Assembly (NCBI GenBank): GCA_027251445.1
Contig: JAPNQO010000005.1
Location: forward strand, 1 to 24,676
Length of the DNA stretch: 24,676 nt
Origin: Fidelibacterota bacterium
GTDB taxonomy: Bacteria > Fidelibacterota > Marinisomatia > Marinisomatales > TCS55
Direction of reading: 5' to 3'
The notes under the pieces are model-generated. The model saw only the letters and a program-made list of their open reading frames with translations, did no database searches and was not told where the DNA came from. Of this stretch, positions 8,716 to 17,767 are shown piece after piece. Within the stretch, counting starts at the first letter, position 1. Every line of letters starts with the position of its first letter. Position numbers and translations under genes: made by a program.

Positions 8716-10086
8716 ATGAGACAAAAAATGATAAGTAATGAAATCAACCTGCTCCGAGATACATTTCAGAGGTTAATAAGGAGAAAGGCGAATACAAATC
8801 TAGGTAAGCTTATAGATAAAACTCATCCTGCTGATTTAGCATTGCTGTTTAGATTTTTTAACGAAGTTGAACAAAATAAACTTTTTTCTATTATGAAGCC
8901 AAACGATCATACGGGTGAATTCTTGGGGGAGTTAGATGAGTCTATAATTAAAAGACTTATAGAAAACGAATCTGCGGAGCATGTTGCTGAATTAATTCAA
9001 TTCACTACTTCAAATGATAAAACATCTATTCTAAATATCCTTGATGAAGAATATTCACAAGCTATTTTAGATCTATTGCAAAGTGAAGAGCTAGAAGAGC
9101 TGGAAGAAATTATGGGGTATCCTGATGACAGCGCTGGCTCATTAATGTATACAGATGTCTTTACTCTACATGAAAATACTATAGCTAAAGAAGCTATTAA
9201 TGCCCTTCAAGATCATGAATCTTCTGAAATGGTCTTTTATCTATATGTGATTGATGACGATAATATACTTGTTGGTATTATATCTTTAAGGGATCTTGTA
9301 ACTACTCCACAAAACACAAGATTAAAAGATATGATGACACGTTCATTGCAGTCTGTACGTCCTGAAACAGATCAGGAAGAGGTAGCTCGAATAGTTTCCC
9401 AATATAATTTTCTCGCGGTTCCTGTTGTGGACGCTGAAGGACAGTTGCTTGGAATAGTCACAGTAGATGAAATTGTTGATGTTATTAGAGAAGAAGCAAC
9501 TGAAGACTTTTTTCAAATGGCTGGAGCAGGTAAAGACAGGGAAATCCTCATGAAATCTTCTTGGGACAATGCAAAAAGTAGATTTCCTTGGTTGTTTGCA
9601 AGTTGGATTGGTGGAGTTTGTGCGGCTGCAATAATTGGCTTTTTTGATAATACATTACAAAACACGCTCGCTCTTGCTGCATTTATACCTGTTATAATTG
9701 GAATGGGTGGAAATATTGGGACCCAAACATCAACTTTGGTTGTGCGCGGTTTAGCAACGGGAAGAGTAAATGTAGGTAATAATCTAACTATAATTTTAAA
9801 AGAGATTCGAGTTGGTGTTATTCTTGGTATTCTGTATGGATTAATGCTTGGATTATTTGCCATAGTAAGATTTTTAGATATATCACCATACCTAGGATTA
9901 GTTGTGGGGCTTGGAATAGCTGGGTCAATGCTTATTGCTACCGCATTTGGATCTTTAGTGCCTCTTTTATTACAAAGACTTGATGTTGACCCTGCTATTG
10001 CAACAGGCCCCTTTGTTACAACGAGTATTGATATTTTGGGGGTATCACTCTATTTAGGCATAGCTAATTATTTCCTAATATCTTAA
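8716..10086 (+). CDS. mgtE: Magnesium transporter MgtE
   Basis: HPAD N-domain, YPDDSAG, a CBS pair, EEATED, GGNIGTQ and DPAIATGPFVTTSID. Confidence 0.97.
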   Translation: MRQKMISNEINLLRDTFQRLIRRKANTNLGKLIDKTHPADLALLFRFFNEVEQNKLFSIMKPNDHTGEFLGELDESIIKRLIENESAEHVAELIQFTTSNDKTSILNILDEEYSQAILDLLQSEELEELEEIMGYPDDSAGSLMYTDVFTLHENTIAKEAINALQDHESSEMVFYLYVIDDDNILVGIISLRDLVTTPQNTRLKDMMTRSLQSVRPETDQEEVARIVSQYNFLAVPVVDAEGQLLGIVTVDEIVDVIREEATEDFFQMAGAGKDREILMKSSWDNAKSRFPWLFASWIGGVCAAAIIGFFDNTLQNTLALAAFIPVIIGMGGNIGTQTSTLVVRGLATGRVNVGNNLTIILKEIRVGVILGILYGLMLGLFAIVRFLDISPYLGLVVGLGIAGSMLIATAFGSLVPLLLQRLDVDPAIATGPFVTTSIDILGVSLYLGIANYFLIS

Positions 10087-10087
10087 A

Positions 10088-11188
10088 GTGGAACTAATCT
10101 ACTTTTTTTGCGGAAGTATATGCTTGTATTCGTTATTTACAATTTATTTTACTTTAGGCTTACATCGATTAAAATTATTTAAAACGGAATCTTCTCTTCC
10201 TACAATCTCAATTATTGTCGCAGTTCGAAATGAGGAATCTAATTTACAGTTATTACTAAAAAGTCTTGTTGAACAAGACTACCCTAAAGAAAAAATGGAG
10301 ATTGTTGTTGTAAATGATCGATCTACAGATAACAGTTGGGAAATAATTAATGGTTTTTCAGAATTATATCCTTTTGTAAAAGGAATAAAGTTAGATGAAA
10401 AAAATAATGAAATGACACCAAAGAAGTATGCGTTAACGTGTGGTATAAATAATACAGATGGGAAAATAATTCTATCTACTGATGGAGATTGCATAGTGCC
10501 AAAGGGGTGGTCGATTAGCATGGTAAGTGCATTCAAAGAAAACACAGGGATTGTTGTTGGAAGGTCTTCAATTAATCTATCAACTTCATCCTTTTTTAAT
10601 AAATACCAGTCCCTTGATTTTCTAGGTATTATGTCAGCAAACGCTGGAGCAATAGGGTGGAAAAATGGATGGTCTGGATCTGGGCAAAATATTGCGTACA
10701 CAAGAAAGGCATTTGAAAAAATAGGGGGGTTTTTACCCGTTGCAGAAGCAATTTCTGGTGATGATATGTATTTAGTGCAGTCTATATCAAAACACTATGA
10801 CGTACAGTTTAATATTGATCCAAAAAGCTTTATTTACACTGAACCTGTCCAATCAATAAAAGATTTTATGAGCCAAAGAATACGTTGGGCCTCAAACTCT
10901 CGATCTTTATGGAGATCAAATATTTTCTTTCTAACTTTTTTAGTTGTCGCTTATATATCAAATTCTATATTTATTGCTAGCCTGTGGGATGATAAACTGC
11001 TTTCAATAATACCCTTTATATTCATAATTAAAATAATTAGTGATGGCTTAGTGCTTTATACGGGTTCATTAAAACTGAATGTTTCGTTTGATAAGTTTCA
11101 TTTTTTTATTTGGAGCATATTACAACCTATATATATACCACTAACGGGTATCCTTGGCTTATTTAGATGGTTTAAATGGAAGGAATAG
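10088..11188 (+). CDS. Membrane-bound glycosyltransferase family 2
   Basis: N-terminal TM helix, VRNEE, NDRSTD, TDGDC (DxD), SGDD and QRIRW (QxxRW), then C-terminal TM helices. GTG start. Confidence 0.9.
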   Translation: MELIYFFCGSICLYSLFTIYFTLGLHRLKLFKTESSLPTISIIVAVRNEESNLQLLLKSLVEQDYPKEKMEIVVVNDRSTDNSWEIINGFSELYPFVKGIKLDEKNNEMTPKKYALTCGINNTDGKIILSTDGDCIVPKGWSISMVSAFKENTGIVVGRSSINLSTSSFFNKYQSLDFLGIMSANAGAIGWKNGWSGSGQNIAYTRKAFEKIGGFLPVAEAISGDDMYLVQSISKHYDVQFNIDPKSFIYTEPVQSIKDFMSQRIRWASNSRSLWRSNIFFLTFLVVAYISNSIFIASLWDDKLLSIIPFIFIIKIISDGLVLYTGSLKLNVSFDKFHFFIWSILQPIYIPLTGILGLFRWFKWKE

Positions 11189-11195
11189 TGTGTTA

Positions 11196-11891
11196 ATGAA
11201 AGTGCATAAAGTTTTCATATCTATATTATTTTGTAATGCATTTATAATAGCTCAAGAATATAATATTTCATTATGGTCAATTCCTGTTACTCGAGTAGAA
11301 ATGAATAATAAACTAGGTGAAATTCATTTTAATACTGAGTCTGTTGGAATAGTAGATTATATATGGCCACACAAAAATAGTTATTCTACATTTTACAATA
11401 CAGAAAACTTTGGGTTGCTAAAATATAATAAAAAAATTAAACAGGGGGATTTTAAACAAGAACTTTCCTGGGAATATAATTCATCAGACTCAACATTAAT
11501 TCATGATGATAATAAAATTGATACCATAGATTCTATTCAAACTATATTTACAATGATAGCAAGAGTCATGCAAGAGCCATATGATTTTTTAGACACTAAA
11601 TGGTTTCCTATAGATCATGAATCATGCTCATATGAAGGAAGATATTTATGGTCTGATACAATACGAGTCTATGCGTTAAATGAAGATATCCTTTGCGATC
11701 ATTATCGACTAGATTTAAAAAAAGTTGACCAAGCTAAATGTGGCCTTGATGGGTCTGATTATTTTATGGAAAATATTATTGATGAGAGTAGCGTTAGACA
11801 AATTTGGGTGGAAAAAAACAATAATAAACGTATTATCAAAGCATCGGTAAAGGTATACGGTTTTCCTATAGAGGCAATAATAGTTAAATGA
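11196..11891 (+). CDS. Secreted hypothetical protein, DUF3108-like
   Basis: Signal peptide MKVHKVFISILFCNAFIIA from ATG 11196, beta-rich sequence, and a C-terminal IWVE..RIIKASVKVYG pattern reminiscent of DUF3108. Confidence 0.55.
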   Translation: MKVHKVFISILFCNAFIIAQEYNISLWSIPVTRVEMNNKLGEIHFNTESVGIVDYIWPHKNSYSTFYNTENFGLLKYNKKIKQGDFKQELSWEYNSSDSTLIHDDNKIDTIDSIQTIFTMIARVMQEPYDFLDTKWFPIDHESCSYEGRYLWSDTIRVYALNEDILCDHYRLDLKKVDQAKCGLDGSDYFMENIIDESSVRQIWVEKNNNKRIIKASVKVYGFPIEAIIVK

Positions 11892-12274
11892 GTGAAAAGA
11901 AAAGATTTTTTAAACAATACAAGTTTCATTTGGTTCTCTGGTTATTAATTGCATCAGGAATTATTCTTGCCTTACAATACGGAATTGATCAAAAGCTTGT
12001 AGTTTTTTCAACAGTGATATTAGGAATATTCACACAAGTTTTTGCAGGCTTAGGAGCTTTAATTGCCATGGTGCCAATAATTGGCCCTTTTCTTGTTAAA
12101 ATAATTACTATACCTTTTTTTTGGTTAATTAATGCTCTTGGCCATGGGGTAAGTATTGTGGCAATTAGAAAAGGGTATTCAAAAGAGCTTGTTAAGTCTC
12201 GCGTTCTCACTGTTGCAATACTTGTTGGCATTGTAATTGGATATATAATGGGAAATCTAATTCCATTAAATTAA
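11888..12274 (+). CDS. Small hypothetical integral membrane protein
   Basis: 128 aa with about 4 hydrophobic segments. Its start overlaps the upstream gene's end by 4 nt. Confidence 0.75.
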   Translation: MSEKKRFFKQYKFHLVLWLLIASGIILALQYGIDQKLVVFSTVILGIFTQVFAGLGALIAMVPIIGPFLVKIITIPFFWLINALGHGVSIVAIRKGYSKELVKSRVLTVAILVGIVIGYIMGNLIPLN

Positions 12275-12279
12275 TCATT

Positions 12280-12720
12280 ATGAATATCTTAATTATTCAA
12301 GGGCCAAACATTAATCTTATAGGATTGAGATCCGCAAAAATTGGTGAAAAAGTCACCTTAGACAAAGTAAATCAAGGTTTACGTAAACAAGCAAATAAAA
12401 GGCCTGAAGAAATCACTTTAAAAATTTTACAAACGCATAAAGTTGAAAAGGCGATGACCCTAATACATCGTAATCGTAATTGGGCAAATGGGATTATCAT
12501 TGCGCCAATGGCATGGGCAAGATATGAATATTCTTTAAAAGAATGCCTTGATACAGTTTCATTGCCAACATTTGAAGTATTCTTAACGCCTGAATATGAA
12601 TTTGAAGGGAATAAGAAGTCTTCTATATTGAGTTCAATATGCATTCAAACTTTATCTGGTCATCCGCTATCTGTATTCACTGATGCATTAAGCTTGCTAG
12701 CAAATCATTTATCTGAATGA
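12280..12720 (+). CDS. Type II 3-dehydroquinate dehydratase (AroQ)-like protein with degenerate catalytic residues
   Basis: MNILIIQGPNINLIGLR N-terminus, 146-aa length, and GIII and P.FEV register match AroQ. The catalytic Tyr, His and Asn are not conserved. Confidence 0.8.
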   Translation: MNILIIQGPNINLIGLRSAKIGEKVTLDKVNQGLRKQANKRPEEITLKILQTHKVEKAMTLIHRNRNWANGIIIAPMAWARYEYSLKECLDTVSLPTFEVFLTPEYEFEGNKKSSILSSICIQTLSGHPLSVFTDALSLLANHLSE

Positions 12721-13805
12721 TAAAATTTCAACAATCTATAAGCATAGTTGTTTTATACGTATTTATAAGTTGTACATCATCTCCCAATATTTCAACGCAA
12801 TCAAAAAATAATACTGTTGGTGAATCATCAATAAATAAAATTTCTATTTTAACATATTCTGAAGACGGTCTATCTGCGACTATTACGATCCCTAAAGGGC
12901 TTAACTCTATTGAGCAAACTTTACATCAATTATTGAAAAAAGATAATTCACAAGTAATCGATCAATATTTAGATGGCGTTATTGATAAAAGCATCGCTTC
13001 CGAAATGAAGGAGGCCATTATCAATTCTTTGCCAGAAGGCGCCTTAGAGTTTAGAATAAACAATTTTTCATCTAAACCTACTTCTAATATTTTATACTTA
13101 GAACTTGATAAAAATCAAATTGAAGAAACTGTTTTTAATATATTTAAGAAATATTCTTCTTCGGAATCAATTCCAATCCTTCCATTGTTTTCAGTTTCTA
13201 CAAACCCACCTACGTTGAATGAGTTAAAAAATATAACATTGCTTATTCCTTGTCTTGATACGAAAGTTCCCGATCAACAATTACTCCTTCCAAACGCCCC
13301 AAGAGCATATAGAAATGGAACACATCGTGGTATTGATTTTTATGTGAACTGGGGGTCTTCTGTTAGAGCAGTTGCTGATGGGGTAATTATACGTGCTGAC
13401 CATAACTATCAAGAGATGAGTGCAGATTTTAGATTAGATTTATTAAATGATACAAAAATTCTTGGAAGGACACCTTCTGATGTTTTTGAACACCTTTTAT
13501 TAGGACAGGCAATCTATATCGATCATGGCTTTGATCTTGTTTCAGGATATCGCGTAGTTACTATATATGCACATTTATCACATATACGCTCAGATATACA
13601 GATTGGGACAATTGTAAGACGAGGTCAAGAAATAGGCAAATCAGGTAATTCTGGCACAAAAGACAGCACCCTTAAGAAAAAAACTGGGGCTCATCTGCAT
13701 TGGGAAATGATATTACAGAATAAAGATGGAGAGTACTACCTTGGTCAAGGAGAAGAATATGATTTTCTTTATCCTTTCCTAAAAAACCTATTTGTTGATA
13801 AATAA
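12717..13805 (+). CDS. M23 family metallopeptidase, probable lipoprotein
   Basis: HRGID (HxxxD), YAHL, SGNSG and AHLHWE (HxH). Lipobox FISC. ATGA overlap with the upstream gene. Confidence 0.92.
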   Translation: MIKFQQSISIVVLYVFISCTSSPNISTQSKNNTVGESSINKISILTYSEDGLSATITIPKGLNSIEQTLHQLLKKDNSQVIDQYLDGVIDKSIASEMKEAIINSLPEGALEFRINNFSSKPTSNILYLELDKNQIEETVFNIFKKYSSSESIPILPLFSVSTNPPTLNELKNITLLIPCLDTKVPDQQLLLPNAPRAYRNGTHRGIDFYVNWGSSVRAVADGVIIRADHNYQEMSADFRLDLLNDTKILGRTPSDVFEHLLLGQAIYIDHGFDLVSGYRVVTIYAHLSHIRSDIQIGTIVRRGQEIGKSGNSGTKDSTLKKKTGAHLHWEMILQNKDGEYYLGQGEEYDFLYPFLKNLFVDK

Positions 13806-15101
13806 TTAATTTAATTGGGGAAGATGATCATTTATTTCTAAATCATATTGAATAGCTAATCGATTCAATATAACGCTATTGGTCAACGTAGAATCCTTTT
13901 CCATCTCTTGCTTCATAAATGTATCAAACAAATAATCTTCTTGTTTTATTTTAATTGATCGATGTGTCTTTTTATGATCAAATATAGTTTTATTCTTTTC
14001 AAACCACATAATTGCACTATATCTATGTAACATATCCTTTAATGTATTATATAAAAAATATGCTTTAACAAAATTTGATTTATCATATGTGCCTTGCTTT
14101 TTAGCCTGATCAATAAACCAAGCGATAGACAAGTTTTGATTATTTAATTTTGCAAGCGGACCATTGTAATTTGTTTTATCAAGACTATGAATAGATATTC
14201 CATTAGGTGTCACAAATAAGCCAAGACTATCTGCTATTTGCCAAAGAGTATCTATCTCATCAACATGGATCTCACCGCCAAAAGCGTGAAACCACTTTTC
14301 GGCCTGTAAATCTGTATATTCATCTAAAAATCCGTATCGGCCACCTTTAATTTCTTTTTTAATACTCTTTTTTCTGTTTTGTTGCTTTGGATCATCAATA
14401 TTTTCTCTTTTTACTGTTCGAAATATGTGATATCCAAATTTTGTCTCTACTGGGCCAATAATTTGTCCTGGAGATGATTGCCATATTACATCATTTAACT
14501 CTTTTGGTAATTTCCCATAACGAAGCGGACCCAGAATGCCATTTCTTAGTTTTATTGAAGGGTGTTCAACATATATACTTACAGCTTCATCAAATGTAAT
14601 TTGTTGTGTTTCAATGCGCTCTCTTATTCTATTCGCAATAGTATGTGCCTCTTTTTTTGATCTGTCCTTATGTTGTGAATACGATAAGCGGTGCGTTACA
14701 ACAATATCTTGAATAGTATATTTAGATAATTCCGATGTGGAAATAAAACTTATAATGCTATCATTTAATGAATAATTATTCAGCAAATAATCTAATACGC
14801 GCTTTAGCTTTTGGTCGTTTGAGATTCTCTGAATATCATTTTTAATATATTCATTATCAATAAGATCCGAATGATGATCAAAAATAATTTTTTTGTATAC
14901 AAGATCTTGAATAGTATTTAAATAGGATCCAGAACTTAAAATGGTATTAACTTTTTTTTCCCCAAACCGATCAACTAAATCTGATCTAGTGAGCTGGCCA
15001 TCAGCGTACTTAGCAAATATTTTATCTCCATCACTTTTACTACAATGATGGAAAAAAATTGTAAGTATAATAAAAAAAATGATAGTGAGTTTGTTCTTCA
15101 T
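13806..15101 (-). CDS. Parvulin/PpiC-type peptidyl-prolyl isomerase (PrsA/SurA-like exported chaperone), possible lipoprotein
   Basis: TFDEAV..NGILG..GQIIGPVETKFGYHIF parvulin core. Hydrophobic signal peptide ends in HHC. Confidence 0.85.
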   Translation of the reverse strand: MKNKLTIIFFIILTIFFHHCSKSDGDKIFAKYADGQLTRSDLVDRFGEKKVNTILSSGSYLNTIQDLVYKKIIFDHHSDLIDNEYIKNDIQRISNDQKLKRVLDYLLNNYSLNDSIISFISTSELSKYTIQDIVVTHRLSYSQHKDRSKKEAHTIANRIRERIETQQITFDEAVSIYVEHPSIKLRNGILGPLRYGKLPKELNDVIWQSSPGQIIGPVETKFGYHIFRTVKRENIDDPKQQNRKKSIKKEIKGGRYGFLDEYTDLQAEKWFHAFGGEIHVDEIDTLWQIADSLGLFVTPNGISIHSLDKTNYNGPLAKLNNQNLSIAWFIDQAKKQGTYDKSNFVKAYFLYNTLKDMLHRYSAIMWFEKNKTIFDHKKTHRSIKIKQEDYLFDTFMKQEMEKDSTLTNSVILNRLAIQYDLEINDHLPQLN

Positions 15102-15109
15102 GTTATAAT

Positions 15110-15149
15110 AAAAAAGGGCGACAATAAATTAATAAAGTCGCCCTTTTTT
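15110..15149. terminator. Rho-independent terminator, structurally bidirectional, ending the minus-strand outer-membrane cluster
   Basis: Perfect 13-bp inverted repeat AAAAAAGGGCGAC (15110-15122) / GTCGCCCTTTTTT (15137-15149) with a 14-nt AT loop, 18 nt downstream of the stop at 15168. Confidence 0.9.
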
Positions 15150-15167
15150 CAGTATTGTTTTAGGGTA

Positions 15168-17678
15168 TTATTTCAACAACATCATTTTACCAGTCTTAAC
15201 TTGACCAGCAACATCAACTTGATAGAAATAAACACCTGAAGCAACGTTATAACCATTACTGGTTAAACCGTTCCAACGTACAGAGTGTGTACCAGGAATC
15301 ATTCTGCCACTTTGTAAAGTAGCAATTTCTTCACCCAAAATTGAATAAACTGAAACAGTTACATCAGTTTCCATTCCCAAAGTAAACATAATGTTTGTAC
15401 TTGGGTTGAATGGGTTTGGATAATTGCCTTTTAGGCTAAATGTTTCTGGAGTAGCGTTGATTTCATCATCAACAGTTGCTATTCCAGCAGCCCAGTCCAT
15501 CATACCTTTAAGCAATCCACCTGGTGAATCACCATAATAGTCTTCAGGACCAATCCAATGGCTATATGAAGTTGTACCATCTGCCTCATATACACGAGCA
15601 TATAAACTCATTTGATCAAATGCAATCAAACCACCTCTACTACCACTACCATGTTGCGAATAAACTGCAACAGGTTGTAGTGTAGCATCTGCAGGATGAT
15701 TTCCTAGAGAGTCAATAACTCCTGGGTATGCCCAATAAGCACCGTGTGCACCACCATGAGGATCAACACCGTCTAACCAGTTAGAGTGTCCTGGATCATA
15801 ATTAGGATCATAATCCAATACAGAGCTAGCATAGCTATACGTTGTATCCCATGCGGATGTATCAGCGGAACTTGAATCTACGGCCATCGTAACAACATTT
15901 GAATCAAGGTAGTCATCCATAACTGCGCCTAAAGCGTCGTCAGGATTTGGAACCATTCTGGATATTCCACCACTTTGCTGATTGATATCAGGATGATATA
16001 CATCAACACCAAGATGGCGTGCAAAGCTACCAGCTTCCAGAGTTAGTGGTTCTGCTGGCCAGCCATAACGTGTGCCTAACCATTCATCACCTTCAGCAAC
16101 ATATACTTTATTACCACTTTGATACCATGGATTAGCAACCGCATCAGTATCATAATCAGCACCATCTGCAGCACGCTCAAAAACTACATGGTAGTTTTCA
16201 AACAGTTCAGCGGAAACGTTACCATAATCTCTTGACCAATAGTCAAAAGGATTCTGGCCCCAGCCATAATAAAGATATGGCGCATAAAGTGGGTTACCAT
16301 ACAGGGCAGCTGAATTATCAAATATCAACTGGTCTGTTGTAGCCTGGAAGATAAAATAACTCTTCACAGCTGTAGAAGTTGCATTACCATTGTTATCATA
16401 TGCTGTTATTGACCAATAAACAGTTGTACCAGTAGCTGCGCCAGGCATTTCGCCAGACCAGTTACCATCTTCGCTTGTTCCATCTGTTAAAGACAGAGAA
16501 ACACTGTTTACTGTAGCAGTTAATGAATCAAGCTGATACGACATTGTCACAGCGCTTACACCAGCGGCTTCACCGCTAGGGTTATCATCTGTAACATGTG
16601 CAGATAATGCACGGGCATCTGTAGACAAAGTTGTTGGAAGAGCGGTTACCTCTCCAAAAACTGGACCACGATCACCAGTCAATTCAACAGCTATTGACAT
16701 GTTGAACATCCAATGACGAATATGCCATCCACCATTACCTGATGTACCACCACATTCACCATAGAACTTTAATCCAACCCAGTTATCTACTAATCCATCA
16801 GCTGCTTCATAATAGAAACCAAGAATTGGATCTGAACCACCACCAGTACCGGTTGCGTTAGCTAAAACACCAACCCATTCACCAGCCATTAATTCTGGTT
16901 CTGAACCATAATCGCCTGTAGCATACCAAACTTCAGTATCTTGTGCAGCTTGAGACTCTGGATTAGCAGTTAGTGCAGTAAACCCATCAGGCCAAATTAG
17001 ACCTTTTGTTGGTACACCAGCTGGACCTGTTCCATCTGTTGTACCTAATGGATCTTGTGCCCCAGCCATAACGGCATCTGTTGGGTCACATACACCTGCT
17101 GTTCCTCCAGCAGAATACTCAGAACCTGAAATAGTCTGCCAGCCATTAGCATCCATATCATAACCACCTAACCAACCAGCTCCATCAACTGCAGAGGTTG
17201 AATACTCTGCACCATCAGCGCCAACTGGATATGATAGTTTATGTAACGATAATGTTATTTGCTGATCACCAGTTCCCCAGTAATATATAGGTACATTTAA
17301 ACCTTTTATGATACCATCGGCGGGCATTTGAAAAACCGTCATAAACGCATCACCTATAGCTTGATACCCATAGAAATAGGCATTCCAGCCACCATCTGCA
17401 GGTACATAAGCTAGTGTATCTGCAGTACCTCGTCCAAAACCACTTGGACTATACGCAGACATAGCATCATTTTCTGAGGCAACGATGTCAGCATCAATGT
17501 TGGCTGATGGACTATTACTATAAATCATCAAATCCTGGCCAATGCCTGGAATTGATTTTAAAGTAGTCATATCCTTTCTTGGGCCATCATAACGTTCTGC
17601 AGGAGATTTTCCGTCTCCAGCAGTTAAAGGCCACATAAGGACGAGCATCAGTCCAACTGATATTAACTTGTTACTCAT
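15168..17678 (-). CDS. Large secreted acidic protein with a C-terminal T9SS type-A-like sorting domain (FlgD-Ig type); function unknown
   Basis: Sec signal peptide. C-terminus FSLKGNYPNPFNPST..VYSILGEEI..WNG..VASGVYFY..KMMLLK. Central Ig-like segment (VTDD..VYWSITAYDNNGN). Confidence 0.85.
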   Translation of the reverse strand: MSNKLISVGLMLVLMWPLTAGDGKSPAERYDGPRKDMTTLKSIPGIGQDLMIYSNSPSANIDADIVASENDAMSAYSPSGFGRGTADTLAYVPADGGWNAYFYGYQAIGDAFMTVFQMPADGIIKGLNVPIYYWGTGDQQITLSLHKLSYPVGADGAEYSTSAVDGAGWLGGYDMDANGWQTISGSEYSAGGTAGVCDPTDAVMAGAQDPLGTTDGTGPAGVPTKGLIWPDGFTALTANPESQAAQDTEVWYATGDYGSEPELMAGEWVGVLANATGTGGGSDPILGFYYEAADGLVDNWVGLKFYGECGGTSGNGGWHIRHWMFNMSIAVELTGDRGPVFGEVTALPTTLSTDARALSAHVTDDNPSGEAAGVSAVTMSYQLDSLTATVNSVSLSLTDGTSEDGNWSGEMPGAATGTTVYWSITAYDNNGNATSTAVKSYFIFQATTDQLIFDNSAALYGNPLYAPYLYYGWGQNPFDYWSRDYGNVSAELFENYHVVFERAADGADYDTDAVANPWYQSGNKVYVAEGDEWLGTRYGWPAEPLTLEAGSFARHLGVDVYHPDINQQSGGISRMVPNPDDALGAVMDDYLDSNVVTMAVDSSSADTSAWDTTYSYASSVLDYDPNYDPGHSNWLDGVDPHGGAHGAYWAYPGVIDSLGNHPADATLQPVAVYSQHGSGSRGGLIAFDQMSLYARVYEADGTTSYSHWIGPEDYYGDSPGGLLKGMMDWAAGIATVDDEINATPETFSLKGNYPNPFNPSTNIMFTLGMETDVTVSVYSILGEEIATLQSGRMIPGTHSVRWNGLTSNGYNVASGVYFYQVDVAGQVKTGKMMLLK

Positions 17679-17683
17679 ATTTA

Positions 17684-17690
17684 CTCCTTA
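17684..17690 (-). promoter_or_regulatory. Shine-Dalgarno sequence for the 836-aa gene
   Basis: TAAGGAG lies 5 nt upstream of the ATG at 17678. Confidence 0.8.
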
Positions 17691-17696
17691 CTTTTC

Positions 17697-17751
17697 TCTT
17701 TCTTGCAAGAAAGACGGCAACGGTAAAAATAGAGCCGTTGCTTTCGTCTTT
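17697..17751. promoter_or_regulatory. Two overlapping intergenic inverted repeats: a bulged hairpin and an 18-bp perfect palindrome
   Basis: AAAGACG-GCAACGG (17710-17723) pairs with CCGTTGC-ttt-CGTCTTT (17735-17751). TCTTTCTTGCAAGAAAGA (17697-17714) is its own reverse complement. Confidence 0.7.
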
Positions 17752-17767
17752 ACGTTTTTTTCGAGTT

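Noticed and set aside
2899..12644. Short antisense ORFs (2899, 3512, 4240, 7867, 9513, 10279, 11989, 12372)
   Set aside because: They are shadows of well-supported genes on the opposite strand and have no motifs.
15045..15239. 64-aa plus-strand ORF
   Set aside because: It overlaps two real antisense genes, runs through the terminator hairpin and has no recognisable motif.
17430..17618. Possible propeptide in the 836-aa protein ending at GFGR/GTADTL
   Set aside because: Plausible by analogy with Arg-specific processing of secreted cargo, but unsupported without alignments or N-terminal proteomics.
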